The position numbers and the translations under genes were made by a program. Below the pieces are notes generated by a model. That model saw only the letters and a list, made by a program, of their open reading frames with translations, did no database searches and was not told the DNA's origin. DNA of 64,000 bases from a virus (Duplodnaviria; Caudoviricetes), in IMG/VR virus record IMGVR_UViG_2869271264_000002, positions 6,179-70,178 of that record; one strand, 5' to 3'. Shown here piece after piece: positions 54,912 to 64,000 of this stretch (the first letter of the stretch is position 1; each line of letters starts with the position of its first letter).

Positions 54912-55283
54912 ATGTATTTTATGAAAAAGTTTGATGACCGACCCGACAGATCTCAACGCCTGCAGCAGGCGAGGATCGCCCGCGGCTTCAAGACCGCAAA
55001 GGCCGCCGCCGAATTTTTCGGCTGGAAGGTGCCGACCTACAATCAACACGAGACCGGGCGAACCGGCTATCAGAACTGGCTGACTGACTACGCTAGGGCC
55101 TTCAAGGTGGATGAGTCATGGCTTTGGAGTAACGTCGGCCGCGGACCCGGGGGTGGTCCTGACCTTTCGATACCTGATCACACAAAAGAAAAACTGAAAC
55201 TTCTCGAGCCGGACGACCTGATCGAAGTCTTTGATTATCTCGATGGCATTGTTGACAGGGCAGTCCAAAGAAGCCGAAAGTGA
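54912..55283 (+). CDS. CI-like XRE repressor (no S24 peptidase domain)
   Basis: RLQQARIARGFKTAKAAA...W...TY..HE.G.....YARAFKV...WL; divergent from cro. Confidence 0.85.
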   Translation: MYFMKKFDDRPDRSQRLQQARIARGFKTAKAAAEFFGWKVPTYNQHETGRTGYQNWLTDYARAFKVDESWLWSNVGRGPGGGPDLSIPDHTKEKLKLLEPDDLIEVFDYLDGIVDRAVQRSRK

Positions 55284-55326
55284 TCACGTAAATAAATCGA
55301 GGGGAAACAAAGGGGGTAAGCTTAAA

Positions 55327-55776
55327 ATGGGTGTGGCGCTCGGTGCTGGCCTGTGGTCGGATTCTGGGATGACTGAAGTATCAGAAACCCAACAATTCCA
55401 GTCATGTGAGGCATTTGTTTCCATGGAGGGGGATGTGGCCGATTTTAAAGCAAAATATGAAGGTAAAGAAAATATTACGGTGTCGGTGCCTTTTTCGCTA
55501 ATGGGGATGCTATACCATGAGGTGCGCTACGCCGCGCAGCTTATGATTTACCGGCAAAGGATGAGGGTGGATAAGGGCGTGGAAAAGATGCTTGAGCTAT
55601 GCGCGACGGCACTCAGACCTTCGACCACGGAAGTCATACTGGACAAGGAAACCCGCGACCGCGTGGTAATATACCAATTCGCCGAGCACTCTCCTTTCTG
55701 CGTGCGGATGTCGCCAGATGAGGTGGAAAGCTTCGTGATCAAGCTGAAATCTGTGGATAAGTCAGCCGCTCACTGA
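55327..55776 (+). CDS. hypothetical protein in the immunity operon
   Basis: 149-aa ORF following cI. Confidence 0.55.
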   Translation: MGVALGAGLWSDSGMTEVSETQQFQSCEAFVSMEGDVADFKAKYEGKENITVSVPFSLMGMLYHEVRYAAQLMIYRQRMRVDKGVEKMLELCATALRPSTTEVILDKETRDRVVIYQFAEHSPFCVRMSPDEVESFVIKLKSVDKSAAH

Positions 55777-56186
55777 AAAGATATTCGCCACCAGACCTCG
55801 GAGACGAAGGTGCTCGCGCCTTCTTTCATTTCCTTGAGGCAATCTTTCTTACTACCCTTATGTTTTCGTTCTGCAAACAGGTTCAGCCGGCTATCCTCCA
55901 AAGACCCCCTAACCCCATAGCCTTAGCTACGGAGCTCGGGGGTCTTGGAAAACTCTGCAACTCAGGACGAGCCGACTAGAGCCCCCAGATTTACCTTGCG
56001 GCAAATCAAGCCCTGCAAATCCCGGTGGCGCCGCAGGATGATCTAACCCCGCGCCCGCAGCTTATCCGGCCAGGGATTGCACCTGGTCGCTGCGATGATG
56101 CCCTCGTTTCATGATTGTAATACCAAGTGAGTTCGGCTACACCGAATCACTGGATTTTGGCCACGAACCGAATTCATCCAGTCTTT

Positions 56187-56222
56187 GGCCCCCTTGGGAT
56201 CTCCCATCGGGGCCTTTCTTTT
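56187..56222 (+). terminator. intrinsic terminator
   Basis: GGCCCC-loop-GGGGCC followed by TTTCTTTTT. Confidence 0.55.
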
Positions 56223-56342
56223 TGGCCTTCTCGCCTGAGCGGAACAGCCAACATTTTCGATTTTTATAAATTCTTGCACGCTCAACATGCCGAGCGTTCT
56301 GCATATCGTCAACCAGAAAATATGGATTTACCATTTTTCCTG

Positions 56343-56371
56343 TTGACTGAATTTATGTGATATGCATATTA
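56343..56371 (+). promoter_or_regulatory. PL-like promoter-operator
   Basis: TTGACTG-AATTT-ATGTGATATGCATATTA; 24 of 29 nt are the same conserved blocks as the 54881 promoter. Confidence 0.8.
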
Positions 56372-56509
56372 GAGGGCATTGAAAGCCCATTAAATCGGAA
56401 TCGACTCTCACTCCGGAGGTGCCCTCGTGACGAAGATCTGACCACCCGAATTCGGCACATCGTCAACGGGCTGGCGCGAATGCCAGCCCCTCCCACAAAG
56501 GAGGACAGC

Positions 56510-56731
56510 GTGATCACCTCAATCAACATGTCATGCCCCTTCTGCCGTTCCTTGGACCTCGCCGTGCGAAACTTCGGAACCGGAAAAACCAGACAGTTCC
56601 ACGTCAACTGCCACAACTGCGGCGCTGACGGTCCTCTTGCTGATGGCACTACCGAAGCCTGGGCGCTTTGGAATGAACGGCCGAACGAACCCCAACGGGG
56701 CGACGGCACACCACCTCATCACTCAAACTAG
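56510..56731 (+). CDS. Lar-family restriction-alleviation protein
   Basis: CPFC.S....V.C..CGA.GP......A..WN.R; AGGAGG RBS. Confidence 0.8.
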   Translation: MITSINMSCPFCRSLDLAVRNFGTGKTRQFHVNCHNCGADGPLADGTTEAWALWNERPNEPQRGDGTPPHHSN

Positions 56732-56763
56732 CGCCGTCGGCGCCTCGCACAAAGGGGACCATC

Positions 56764-57147
56764 ATGTCGAAGCCCTTCTATTCCTATCGCGAGCACATCC
56801 TTCCCGCCCGTGAGCAACTGGCGAAGCGGTTCCCTGCAGCTTTCATGCGCAAGGGCGAGCCGGAGAAGAAACCTCTCAAAATCGGAATCGCCAAGGAAGT
56901 CCTGGCGCTGGTCAAGGATATTCCGCGGAAGGTCGTCAAGCGGGCGATCAGCGATTACTGCTCCGGCCCGAAATACACCAAGGCCATGGTCACCGGCGCC
57001 GTCCGCGTCGATCTGGACGGAAAGCCGGCCGGCAATGTGTCGGCCGCTTCCGAGGCCTATGCACGAGCTCGTGAGGCCGAACGCCAGAAGCAATACCACC
57101 AGCGGCATGCGAGCCGGCAGATCGTCACCGAGGAAGCTCGGCCGTGA
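56764..57147 (+). CDS. ProQ/FinO-domain RNA chaperone
   Basis: FPAAF...KPLKIGI, Y....Y.KAM..G..RVDLDG.P.G.V. Confidence 0.9.
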   Translation: MSKPFYSYREHILPAREQLAKRFPAAFMRKGEPEKKPLKIGIAKEVLALVKDIPRKVVKRAISDYCSGPKYTKAMVTGAVRVDLDGKPAGNVSAASEAYARAREAERQKQYHQRHASRQIVTEEARP

Positions 57148-57320
57148 ACAAGACGCTCGCCGCCCTCAATGACGAACTTGCCGAGGCGAAGAAGGCCTAC
57201 GAGCACTGCAGCTTTCACGACAATTACCAGCGCCTGCGTGCATGCCAGGGCGAATGCCAGGTCGAGATCGATCGGTTGAATACGGCGATCGCGGAGGCGG
57301 AAAAGCATGCCGACGCGTGA
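57144..57320 (+). CDS. small coiled-coil protein
   Basis: GTGA-coupled ORF. Confidence 0.45.
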   Translation: MNKTLAALNDELAEAKKAYEHCSFHDNYQRLRACQGECQVEIDRLNTAIAEAEKHADA

Positions 57321-57522
57321 ACAATTTACCACCGAAGAAGAATTCGTCGCTGCTCTGCGCGACTGGTTCGCTGGTCAAGCGCTGGCCGGACTGTTGGCCT
57401 CATGGAGCCTGACAGACGACATTCGGTTTGTTCGGATGAGCAACGTCGACCGAATGAAAATGTTCGCCTTCAATTCGTACATGCAGGCCGACGCCATGCT
57501 CGCCGAAAGGCAGAAGCCATGA
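57307..57522 (+). CDS. conserved phage protein
   Basis: LRDWFAGQALAG....Y..ADAMLAER. Confidence 0.75.
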   Translation: MPTREQFTTEEEFVAALRDWFAGQALAGLLASWSLTDDIRFVRMSNVDRMKMFAFNSYMQADAMLAERQKP

Positions 57523-57665
57523 TGTGGCGGGTCACATTGTATTCCCTCTGCGTCCCGCCGTCGCCGCAACTGTATCGCGACTTCGAAACAGAAGCGGAGG
57601 CCGAGCGCTGGAAAACATGGAGCGCCTGCCTTCCTTGCCATGCAAGATTGAGGCGGCAATCATGA
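57519..57665 (+). CDS. small hypothetical protein
   Basis: ATGA-coupled. Confidence 0.45.
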   Translation: MMWRVTLYSLCVPPSPQLYRDFETEAEAERWKTWSACLPCHARLRRQS

Positions 57666-57934
57666 GCCACAATCCCCTCGCCCAATATCCGATCGTCCAG
57701 TTGCGAGCCTGGGCCGAAGCCAACATCATCTCCACCAAGAAATATGTCGACGAGATCGAGCGCCGCAAGAGCGTCGCGCAATACGAGATCTGCGGCGAGC
57801 TTTGCACCTGCACCGCCTTCTGCGATCGGGTGAACGACGAGATCCAGGCCAACGGTGGCGCGGACGGATTCTCGACCCTGACGGAAGCGGAACTGATCGA
57901 CAGACTGAAGGCAAGTAGCGGGGTGGCGGCATGA
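57662..57934 (+). CDS. hypothetical protein
   Basis: ATGA-coupled. Confidence 0.5.
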   Translation: MSHNPLAQYPIVQLRAWAEANIISTKKYVDEIERRKSVAQYEICGELCTCTAFCDRVNDEIQANGGADGFSTLTEAELIDRLKASSGVAA

Positions 57935-58134
57935 TCCGCTGCCTCGCTCGCGAAGACATGATGGCGCACGCCGCCGAGGCGGTCAGCTTTCACCATGGTG
58001 GCAATCGCTATGCCGCCCTCTTCCATATCCGCATCGCCATGGGACTGGCGTCACGACTGAAGGACGCCGCCGCCCGCAAAGTGCTGATGACCTATCAAAA
58101 TCGCATGAGGAGGAAATCGGCGTGCGCGGATTGA
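57931..58134 (+). CDS. hypothetical protein
   Basis: coupled ORF. Confidence 0.5.
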   Translation: MIRCLAREDMMAHAAEAVSFHHGGNRYAALFHIRIAMGLASRLKDAAARKVLMTYQNRMRRKSACAD

Positions 58135-58313
58135 ACCAGCCATACCCGAAGCAGATCGGCCGCCGAGTCGTGCATGACGAGACTCAAAAGCAGGGCTTCG
58201 TGGTTGTCCAGCCGGGCAGCGACGCAACGCATGTCTATGTGCTCTTCGACGGCGCCGACGAGGCCATACCCTGCCATCCCGGCAGCCTTGAATATGTGGA
58301 GAAGGCAGCATGA
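58122..58313 (+). CDS. hypothetical protein
   Basis: GAGGAGG RBS. Confidence 0.55.
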   Translation: MRGLNQPYPKQIGRRVVHDETQKQGFVVVQPGSDATHVYVLFDGADEAIPCHPGSLEYVEKAA

Positions 58314-58476
58314 TCGACATCATTGTTGAAGGCGCCGCTGCGATCAATCTGGCGGTTCTTTCCGGCACGGTCAAGGCAAACGATACGTTCGCGCTCATCG
58401 CTGCGAAGTTATGTCCAGCTGTGCTTGCTCTCTGCCTCGGTGTGCACGCCTACGGTAAGCTCATGGGCTGGCCGGT

Positions 58477-58680
58477 ATGATCGGCGCCGAAGCCAAGCGC
58501 CGCGTTCTAGCCGCCCTCGAAGAGATCGAGAAGTTCGACACGGACCGCGCGTTCATTCTCGCAGCGCGCCGCCGCTACTGCGATCTGACCCAACCCCACC
58601 TTGCTGTAGTCGAGCCGAAGCGTTGCGACGCTGGCGCCGGCATCGTGATGACGCACTCAAACATTCGGACCGGATACTGA
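58477..58680 (+). CDS. hypothetical protein
   Basis: coupled ORF. Confidence 0.45.
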   Translation: MIGAEAKRRVLAALEEIEKFDTDRAFILAARRRYCDLTQPHLAVVEPKRCDAGAGIVMTHSNIRTGY

Positions 58681-58681
58681 C

Positions 58682-60001
58682 ATGCCCATCTCCTACCTGC
58701 GCATCAACAACTACATGCGCGTCGAGAACGTCGAGTTCAACCCAAAGGGTGGGCTGAATGAGATAACCGGGGCAAACGGCGCCGGCAAGACAAGCACGCT
58801 GAGTGCGCTCGCGACCATGGGCGGAAAGAAAGAGATCGCTTGGAAGCCTATCCGAGATGGCGCGGAAGAGGCGACGATTGAAATTCACGTTGACGGAATC
58901 GGCACGGCGCAGATACGGATCGTCCGCAAATTCTGGACCGACAAGAACGGCAGGCAGGCCGAGTCCCTGATCATTGAAAGCGCCGACGGGGCCAGGTTCC
59001 CATCCCCCCAGAATATGATGACCGGCTGGCTGGGCGCCTTTGCGTTCGACCCCCTTGCTTTCACCCGCATGGATGCAAAGGAACAAGCCGAGATCCTGAA
59101 AAGGTTCGTTCCCGATTTCGACTTCAACGCGATCGACAAGAAGAACCGCGAGGACTTCGAGACTAGGACCGACGTCAACCGGTCGGCGAAGGATCTGCGA
59201 GCTCGCGTCGGCGGCATCATCGTGCCAGCAGACACACCGGATGAACCGATCGATGAGTCCGCTCTCGTGGAGGAACTGCAAAGCGCCGGCGCGCACAACT
59301 CTGACATCGAAAAGCGCAAGGCAAACAGGCAGTCTCTTCAACGAGACATTGATCAGCGCGCAGATGGCGTCGGGCGCTCCCACGCAAAAATCGACGAACT
59401 AAAGCAGCAGATATCAGCCATCGAGGAGAGCATCACCGTCGATGAAGGCTGGATCTCGGAACAAAAAACTCGCTTGGCCAAGGCTGGTGCGTTGCCGACG
59501 CCCATCGACCAGTCGGCGATCACCGCCAAGATCAACGCGGCACGGACGATCAATGTCCACGTCACCCGAAAGATCGAACGCGCTGATCTGACCAAGAAGG
59601 CTGACGCCGCCGAAGCCGAGAGCATCGCCCTCACCGCCGCTATGGACGCCCGCAAAAAGGAGAAGGCGGAAGCCGTCCGGAAGGCCAAGATGCCGGTTGA
59701 TGGGCTGGAATTCGGCGATGACATGGTGCTGTTCAATGGTCAGCCACTCGATCAGGCATCGCAGGCGGAGAAGATCCGGGTTTCTGTCGCGATCGCCGCG
59801 GCAATGAGCCCGAAACTGAAGGTCGCCATCATCAAGGACGGCAGCCTTCTCGACAAGAAGTCGTGGGCGCTGCTTGAGCAGTTCGCGATCGAGCATGACC
59901 TCCAGGTATTCGTCGAGACGGTTGATAGCACGCGGCCGACTGCGATTGTCATAGAAGATGGGTCCATTCGCCAGGAGCAAGCGCTGGAGGCCGCAGAATG
60001 A
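58682..60001 (+). CDS. SMC/SbcC-like ABC ATPase with coiled coil
   Basis: ITGANGAGKTS, long coiled coil, QASQAE signature variant, IIKDGSLLD, QVFVE. Confidence 0.85.
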   Translation: MPISYLRINNYMRVENVEFNPKGGLNEITGANGAGKTSTLSALATMGGKKEIAWKPIRDGAEEATIEIHVDGIGTAQIRIVRKFWTDKNGRQAESLIIESADGARFPSPQNMMTGWLGAFAFDPLAFTRMDAKEQAEILKRFVPDFDFNAIDKKNREDFETRTDVNRSAKDLRARVGGIIVPADTPDEPIDESALVEELQSAGAHNSDIEKRKANRQSLQRDIDQRADGVGRSHAKIDELKQQISAIEESITVDEGWISEQKTRLAKAGALPTPIDQSAITAKINAARTINVHVTRKIERADLTKKADAAEAESIALTAAMDARKKEKAEAVRKAKMPVDGLEFGDDMVLFNGQPLDQASQAEKIRVSVAIAAAMSPKLKVAIIKDGSLLDKKSWALLEQFAIEHDLQVFVETVDSTRPTAIVIEDGSIRQEQALEAAE

Positions 60002-60134
60002 CGTTCGTCTGCTTCAAGGGAGCGACTGCGTGGGAGGCCCAGGTCGGTCGCGTCTGGTTTCATCTTCGGTATAGACGCTTTTGGCGAACGTCCGGTGTTG
60101 GCTTCATCCGCGTCATCAAGAAGGATGCTGACGA

Positions 60135-60878
60135 GTGAGCATGAGTTCTGCCGCCATCATGGAACTGTTCGATAGTCAAACGCGGCGCGACAGGCGCAAG
60201 CGTGGGAAACTGGTGATCGAACAGAAGCCCATTCACCCACTCTTCAAAGATATAACTGGGCGGAAATTCAATCGGCTCACTGCTGCTTCGTATGCCGGTC
60301 GAATGGGATCGGATCATGCGTTTGTGTTTGCATGCGAATGCGGGAACGAAATCATCACTAAGGGCTATCTCGTCTCAACGGAAGTCACGCGTAGCTGCGG
60401 GTGTCTGCTTGTCGACAAAAACCGAGAAATCAGAACGACGCATGGTCTCTCCCATACTCGGGAATGGCGAATTTGGGCAGGCATGAAAAACAGGTGTCTA
60501 AACCCAAGGGTAAAGCGCTTTAGCGATTATGGCGGTCGCGGCATAAAGGTTTGCGACAGGTGGTTGCATGGAGATGGTGAGCGCGGTGGCTTCGAATGCT
60601 TCATCACCGATCTAGGTATGCGCCTCTCGTCAAAGCACTCTATCGAGCGCAAAGAAAATGACGGCAACTATGAGCCTGGCAATGTGGCCTGGGCTACCCG
60701 ACCTGAGCAAGCGAAGAATACGCGTGTAGTTCGGCGGATAGAATTTCGCGGTGAGACCAAAACTAGCCACGAGTGGGCTTCAGCGGTCGGCATCTCCTCA
60801 AATGAGATTAATAAGCGCCTCCGCCGCGGTTGGTCGGTGGAGCGCGCACTAACGCAGCCTATGAGGGAACGGACATGA
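60135..60878 (+). CDS. HNH homing endonuclease (YGGRGI type)
   Basis: G.KFNRLT, CECG, SCGC, W..M..RC, YGGRGIKVCDRW, SIER.ENDGNYEPGN..WAT..EQ..N. Confidence 0.85.
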   Translation: MSMSSAAIMELFDSQTRRDRRKRGKLVIEQKPIHPLFKDITGRKFNRLTAASYAGRMGSDHAFVFACECGNEIITKGYLVSTEVTRSCGCLLVDKNREIRTTHGLSHTREWRIWAGMKNRCLNPRVKRFSDYGGRGIKVCDRWLHGDGERGGFECFITDLGMRLSSKHSIERKENDGNYEPGNVAWATRPEQAKNTRVVRRIEFRGETKTSHEWASAVGISSNEINKRLRRGWSVERALTQPMRERT

Positions 60879-61813
60879 CTGAGATACGTGAATACGTTCC
60901 TGGCACCAAGATCACCGAGTCTGGCGCATATAAAAATGTGCCTATGGAATTTTATCACGGTCAGCCGACGGACGGGCCATCGATCAGTTCCAGTGGATTG
61001 CGCACCATCTTCAATGAGAGCTTAGCCCACTACTGGGATAAGTCGCCGCTAAACCCTGACCGGCAGGAATTCCAGGACACCGAGGCCACCATCTTGGGCC
61101 GTGCAGCGCACTTTTTGCTGCTTGGAGAAGCCGACTTCTCCAACTTCTTCGTCATACGCCCTACTGAGGCGCCGGACGGTCGCGCTTGGAATGGGAACAA
61201 CGCGACTTGCAAGCAGTGGCTGGCTGAGCGTGCGCTGGAAGGACTGACAGTCCTCAAGCCAGAGCAACTCGAGTACATCAAGGGCATGTCGAAGACGCTG
61301 GCCGCTGAGCCGCCGGTGCAGGGCGGCATCCTCAACGGCATGGTCGAGCTCTCGCTGTTCTGGCAGGATCCTGAAACTGGGATATGGCTGAAGAGCCGGC
61401 CGGATGCGGTTCCCAACGATTCCGATGCCGCTGATTTGAAATGCGTTTCGGACATCACCGACGATGGCATCTCGCGCGCTCTCGGGGAAAGAGGGTATCA
61501 CCAACAGGCCGCCCTCGTGAACGAGGCCATGAGCGTCGTTCTGCGCCGACAGATGGAAAACTTCTATCTCGTCTACGTCGAACAGAAGCGTCCGCATTGC
61601 GTGCGCATCGACACCGTCGACCCGAAAGAGATCGACGCCGGCACCGCCGAGAACCATGCAGCGCTGCGCCTGTTTAGGAAGGCGCTGGACACCGGGTACT
61701 GGCCTGGCCCGAAGAACCTTTCTGGCGACGGCGGATTCGTGCGGCGCACGCCGTGGTCGAGAACACAGGCTGAGCGGCGCCTTGCCCTCATAGAGCAGGA
61801 GTTAGCAGCTTGA
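60875..61813 (+). CDS. recE: RecE/exonuclease VIII-like PD-(D/E)xK exonuclease
   Basis: YH....ISSSGL, G.A.H..LL, E.S.FW.D..TG..LK.RPD, DLK, YHQQAA.....F..VE. Confidence 0.85.
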   Translation: MTEIREYVPGTKITESGAYKNVPMEFYHGQPTDGPSISSSGLRTIFNESLAHYWDKSPLNPDRQEFQDTEATILGRAAHFLLLGEADFSNFFVIRPTEAPDGRAWNGNNATCKQWLAERALEGLTVLKPEQLEYIKGMSKTLAAEPPVQGGILNGMVELSLFWQDPETGIWLKSRPDAVPNDSDAADLKCVSDITDDGISRALGERGYHQQAALVNEAMSVVLRRQMENFYLVYVEQKRPHCVRIDTVDPKEIDAGTAENHAALRLFRKALDTGYWPGPKNLSGDGGFVRRTPWSRTQAERRLALIEQELAA

Positions 61814-63069
61814 ACGAGATTACCCGCCAGCCAGAGGGCGAGACGTACCGGCCTTCGGCCGCGATTGATCCTACCCGCTTGGAATACCTTTGGACGCTCA
61901 CGGAGCGCATTGCATCATCGAGTCTGGTTCCGGAAAGCCTTCGCACTGAAGGGCCGGCAAACAAGAAGACCGATCTGCCTCGCGACGTAATTGTCGCCAA
62001 CGTGTTTGCCGTTGTCGAACAAGCGGACCGCTGGAACATCTCACCATTTGCTTTGCTCGCCTGCGCCGCCATCGTCCACGGCCGGCTCGGGTTCGAAGGC
62101 AAGGTGATTGCGGCCGTCCTCGAATCGCTGTTCCACATCAAACTCCACCACTACTTCACCGGCGATCCGCGGAGCGAGCAGCACCACATCTATCTTTGCG
62201 ACGAGCCCCTCCCAGATGACATCATCGCGGAACTGAAGCCAGGCTACCGCCACCCGCGCTTCAAGATCATGGATGGGTCGGTCGCTGAGTGGAAGACGAC
62301 CGGTAACGGTTCACCTTGGCGGCCGGCCACCTATACCAAGATGCTGGTCTACCGCGGAAGTCGCGAATGGCCACGGGTCTACAAACCCGGTGCCATCATG
62401 GGCGTTCTTGGTGATGATGAACTCTATGAGATCGGCATGGAGCGCCAGGCACAGCTTGCGCGGGATATCACTCCATCGCTCAACGAGCGCTTCGGCGGCA
62501 GGCAATCGGCCGACGGCTTCAATCCCGACAACGTGAAGCAACTGACCAACTCCGGCCAGGTCGCCATGGAGACGATCGACCCGAAGACCGGAGAGATTCT
62601 GAAAACTGAGGTACAGCGCACAGCGGCGGTTACGGAAAAGACCACGTCGTCATCTGCGAAAGCGGCCTCAGCAAAGCCGGCATCTGACGATGCTGGCCGG
62701 AGCGGCGGAAACTCATCCCCGGTTGATGACAGCCGCTCCACCAATTCATCGCAGGGTTCCGATGACCGGAGCAAGAGCGATGACGGCGGGAAGAGCGAGG
62801 GCGCCATCCAGCGCCTTCCCGCCGAACTGTTCAAAAAGTACGCGTCGAGTCTCGCCCGCATGCAGACAGAGGCCAATGTCGACAAGGCCTCCGCCATGTT
62901 CTGGCAGGACAACGGCGGCGCACCGAAGGGCGGCGTCGACCGTGCGCTGGCCAAGTCGATCTATGACAAGCAGATGGCGCGCGCCAAGGGCGACACCGAT
63001 GCCGACGGCCTGCTCGACGAAATCCATGCCGACATCGACACCTCATTTTCAGGATCATCTGACCTATGA
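61810..63069 (+). CDS. recT: RecT-like single-strand annealing protein
   Basis: adjacent to RecE; A.RW.I.P......IV.G.L..E.K, W....KML.YR...W. Confidence 0.7.
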   Translation: MNEITRQPEGETYRPSAAIDPTRLEYLWTLTERIASSSLVPESLRTEGPANKKTDLPRDVIVANVFAVVEQADRWNISPFALLACAAIVHGRLGFEGKVIAAVLESLFHIKLHHYFTGDPRSEQHHIYLCDEPLPDDIIAELKPGYRHPRFKIMDGSVAEWKTTGNGSPWRPATYTKMLVYRGSREWPRVYKPGAIMGVLGDDELYEIGMERQAQLARDITPSLNERFGGRQSADGFNPDNVKQLTNSGQVAMETIDPKTGEILKTEVQRTAAVTEKTTSSSAKAASAKPASDDAGRSGGNSSPVDDSRSTNSSQGSDDRSKSDDGGKSEGAIQRLPAELFKKYASSLARMQTEANVDKASAMFWQDNGGAPKGGVDRALAKSIYDKQMARAKGDTDADGLLDEIHADIDTSFSGSSDL

Positions 63070-63998
63070 CCGCGCACGACACCTTCAACCCATCCGAGAT
63101 GACCAACCCTCCAGTCGAGTCGCCACCTACGGTGCGGGTCGTCGATCTGGAAACACTGTTCTCCGAGCCCGAGCCGAACGGCATCGTGGAGATCGGATAC
63201 ACCGACGTCGTCGCGACCCGGACCGATTTGTTTGGCGAGCCGACGCAATGGGAGGTGCGACCAGGGAAGGGATACTTGGTCAATCCCCTGCAGCCCATTC
63301 CGGCCGAGACAATGGCGGTCCACCACATCATGGATTGCGACGTCGTCGGCGCGCCGGTGTGGCGCGAGGTTCACCCGCTGGTCTTCGATGTCGACGTCGT
63401 CGCCTACGCCGCCCATGGGGCTGAATTCGAGCGCAAATGGTTGAGCGAGGAGATCACCGGCAAGGCTCCGTGGATCGATACCTACCGGTGCGCCCTCAAC
63501 CTCTATCCTGACTCACCGACATTCAAGAACAACGGCCTGCGCTATTACCTGCGGCCGGAGGGCATCGACCGCGAACTGTGCATGCCACCGCATCGGGCGC
63601 AGCCGGACTCCTACGTCACGGCGCATACCGTGCGAGACATGCTGAACGCCGGCCACGCCATCGAGCAGCTGGTGAAATTCACCAACAACCCGGCGCCGAT
63701 CCCAACCTGCAAGATTGGCGACACCTACTACAACGGCGGCAAGGGAACGCCGTGGAAGGACGTTGAATGGTCCATGCTAACGTGGATCTTAAAGAAGGAT
63801 TTCGGCGAGGACGTCGTCTTCACCGTCCGTCGCGAGATGGAGCGCCGAGAGGTCGACCAGCGGCTTGAGAACGAGCGCGTCGACCTCAACAGGCAGTTCA
63901 AAGCCAACAGCCTGCCCGAGACGCCACCGGCCCAGGAACTGCCGCCTGTGGCGGCAGTTCCTGGGCCGGTGGCGTCTCGGGCAGGCTGTTGGCTTTGA
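63066..63998 (+). CDS. DEDDh 3'-5' exonuclease (exonuclease X-like)
   Basis: VVDLET, IVEIG, HHI, AHGAEFE, WIDT, HRAQPDSYVT. Confidence 0.85.
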   Translation: MTAHDTFNPSEMTNPPVESPPTVRVVDLETLFSEPEPNGIVEIGYTDVVATRTDLFGEPTQWEVRPGKGYLVNPLQPIPAETMAVHHIMDCDVVGAPVWREVHPLVFDVDVVAYAAHGAEFERKWLSEEITGKAPWIDTYRCALNLYPDSPTFKNNGLRYYLRPEGIDRELCMPPHRAQPDSYVTAHTVRDMLNAGHAIEQLVKFTNNPAPIPTCKIGDTYYNGGKGTPWKDVEWSMLTWILKKDFGEDVVFTVRREMERREVDQRLENERVDLNRQFKANSLPETPPAQELPPVAAVPGPVASRAGCWL

Positions 63999-64000
63999 AC

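Noticed and set aside
56080-56160. Hammerhead ribozyme or tRNA remnant
   Set aside because: No CTGANGA core or cloverleaf found on either strand
1-64000. Integrase, att sites, IS elements, capsid/tail and lysis genes
   Set aside because: None recognised in this window; temperate lifestyle is inferred only from the cI/cro switch

Overview
Window from a temperate-type tailed phage (or prophage) of an alphaproteobacterial, probably rhizobial, host; the host is inferred from GcrA, EcfG-like and RpoH-like sigma factors, DUF982 and the XRE family present. Layout: (1) 1-20600, mostly minus strand: start of a P27-type small terminase, a large glycosylation cluster, two tRNAs and many accessory genes, up to a packaging-type HNH and a cos-like GC-rich signature near 20.7 kb. 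(2) 21.0-34.7 kb, plus strand: early cassette genes, many preceded by a conserved hairpin + Shine-Dalgarno leader, including a 770-aa methyltransferase fusion and a beta clamp. (3) 34.7-54.9 kb, minus strand: replication and regulation genes (DnaB, primase, SNF2, two sigma factors, GcrA, RuvC, HU, methyltransferases, an ExbBD-like pair, TerB). (4) 54.6-56.4 kb: cI/cro-like switch with twin promoter-operators. (5) 56.5-64 kb, plus strand: Lar, ProQ, SMC-like ATPase, RecE/RecT, exonuclease. Main discovery: a compact module inserted in the glycosylation operon, made of an XRE regulator, a stand-alone Cas7/RAMP-like gene and a 22-unit GGY-NN pentamer array closed by a terminator. Read as NN-skip-NN, the variable dinucleotides spell codon positions 1-2 of a diverged allele of the neighbouring SDR gene 3' end (27/44 nt match to 3867-3932). 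This points to an RNA-guided, wobble-skipping system directed at related phages. All protein calls are by motif recognition; no database searches were run.
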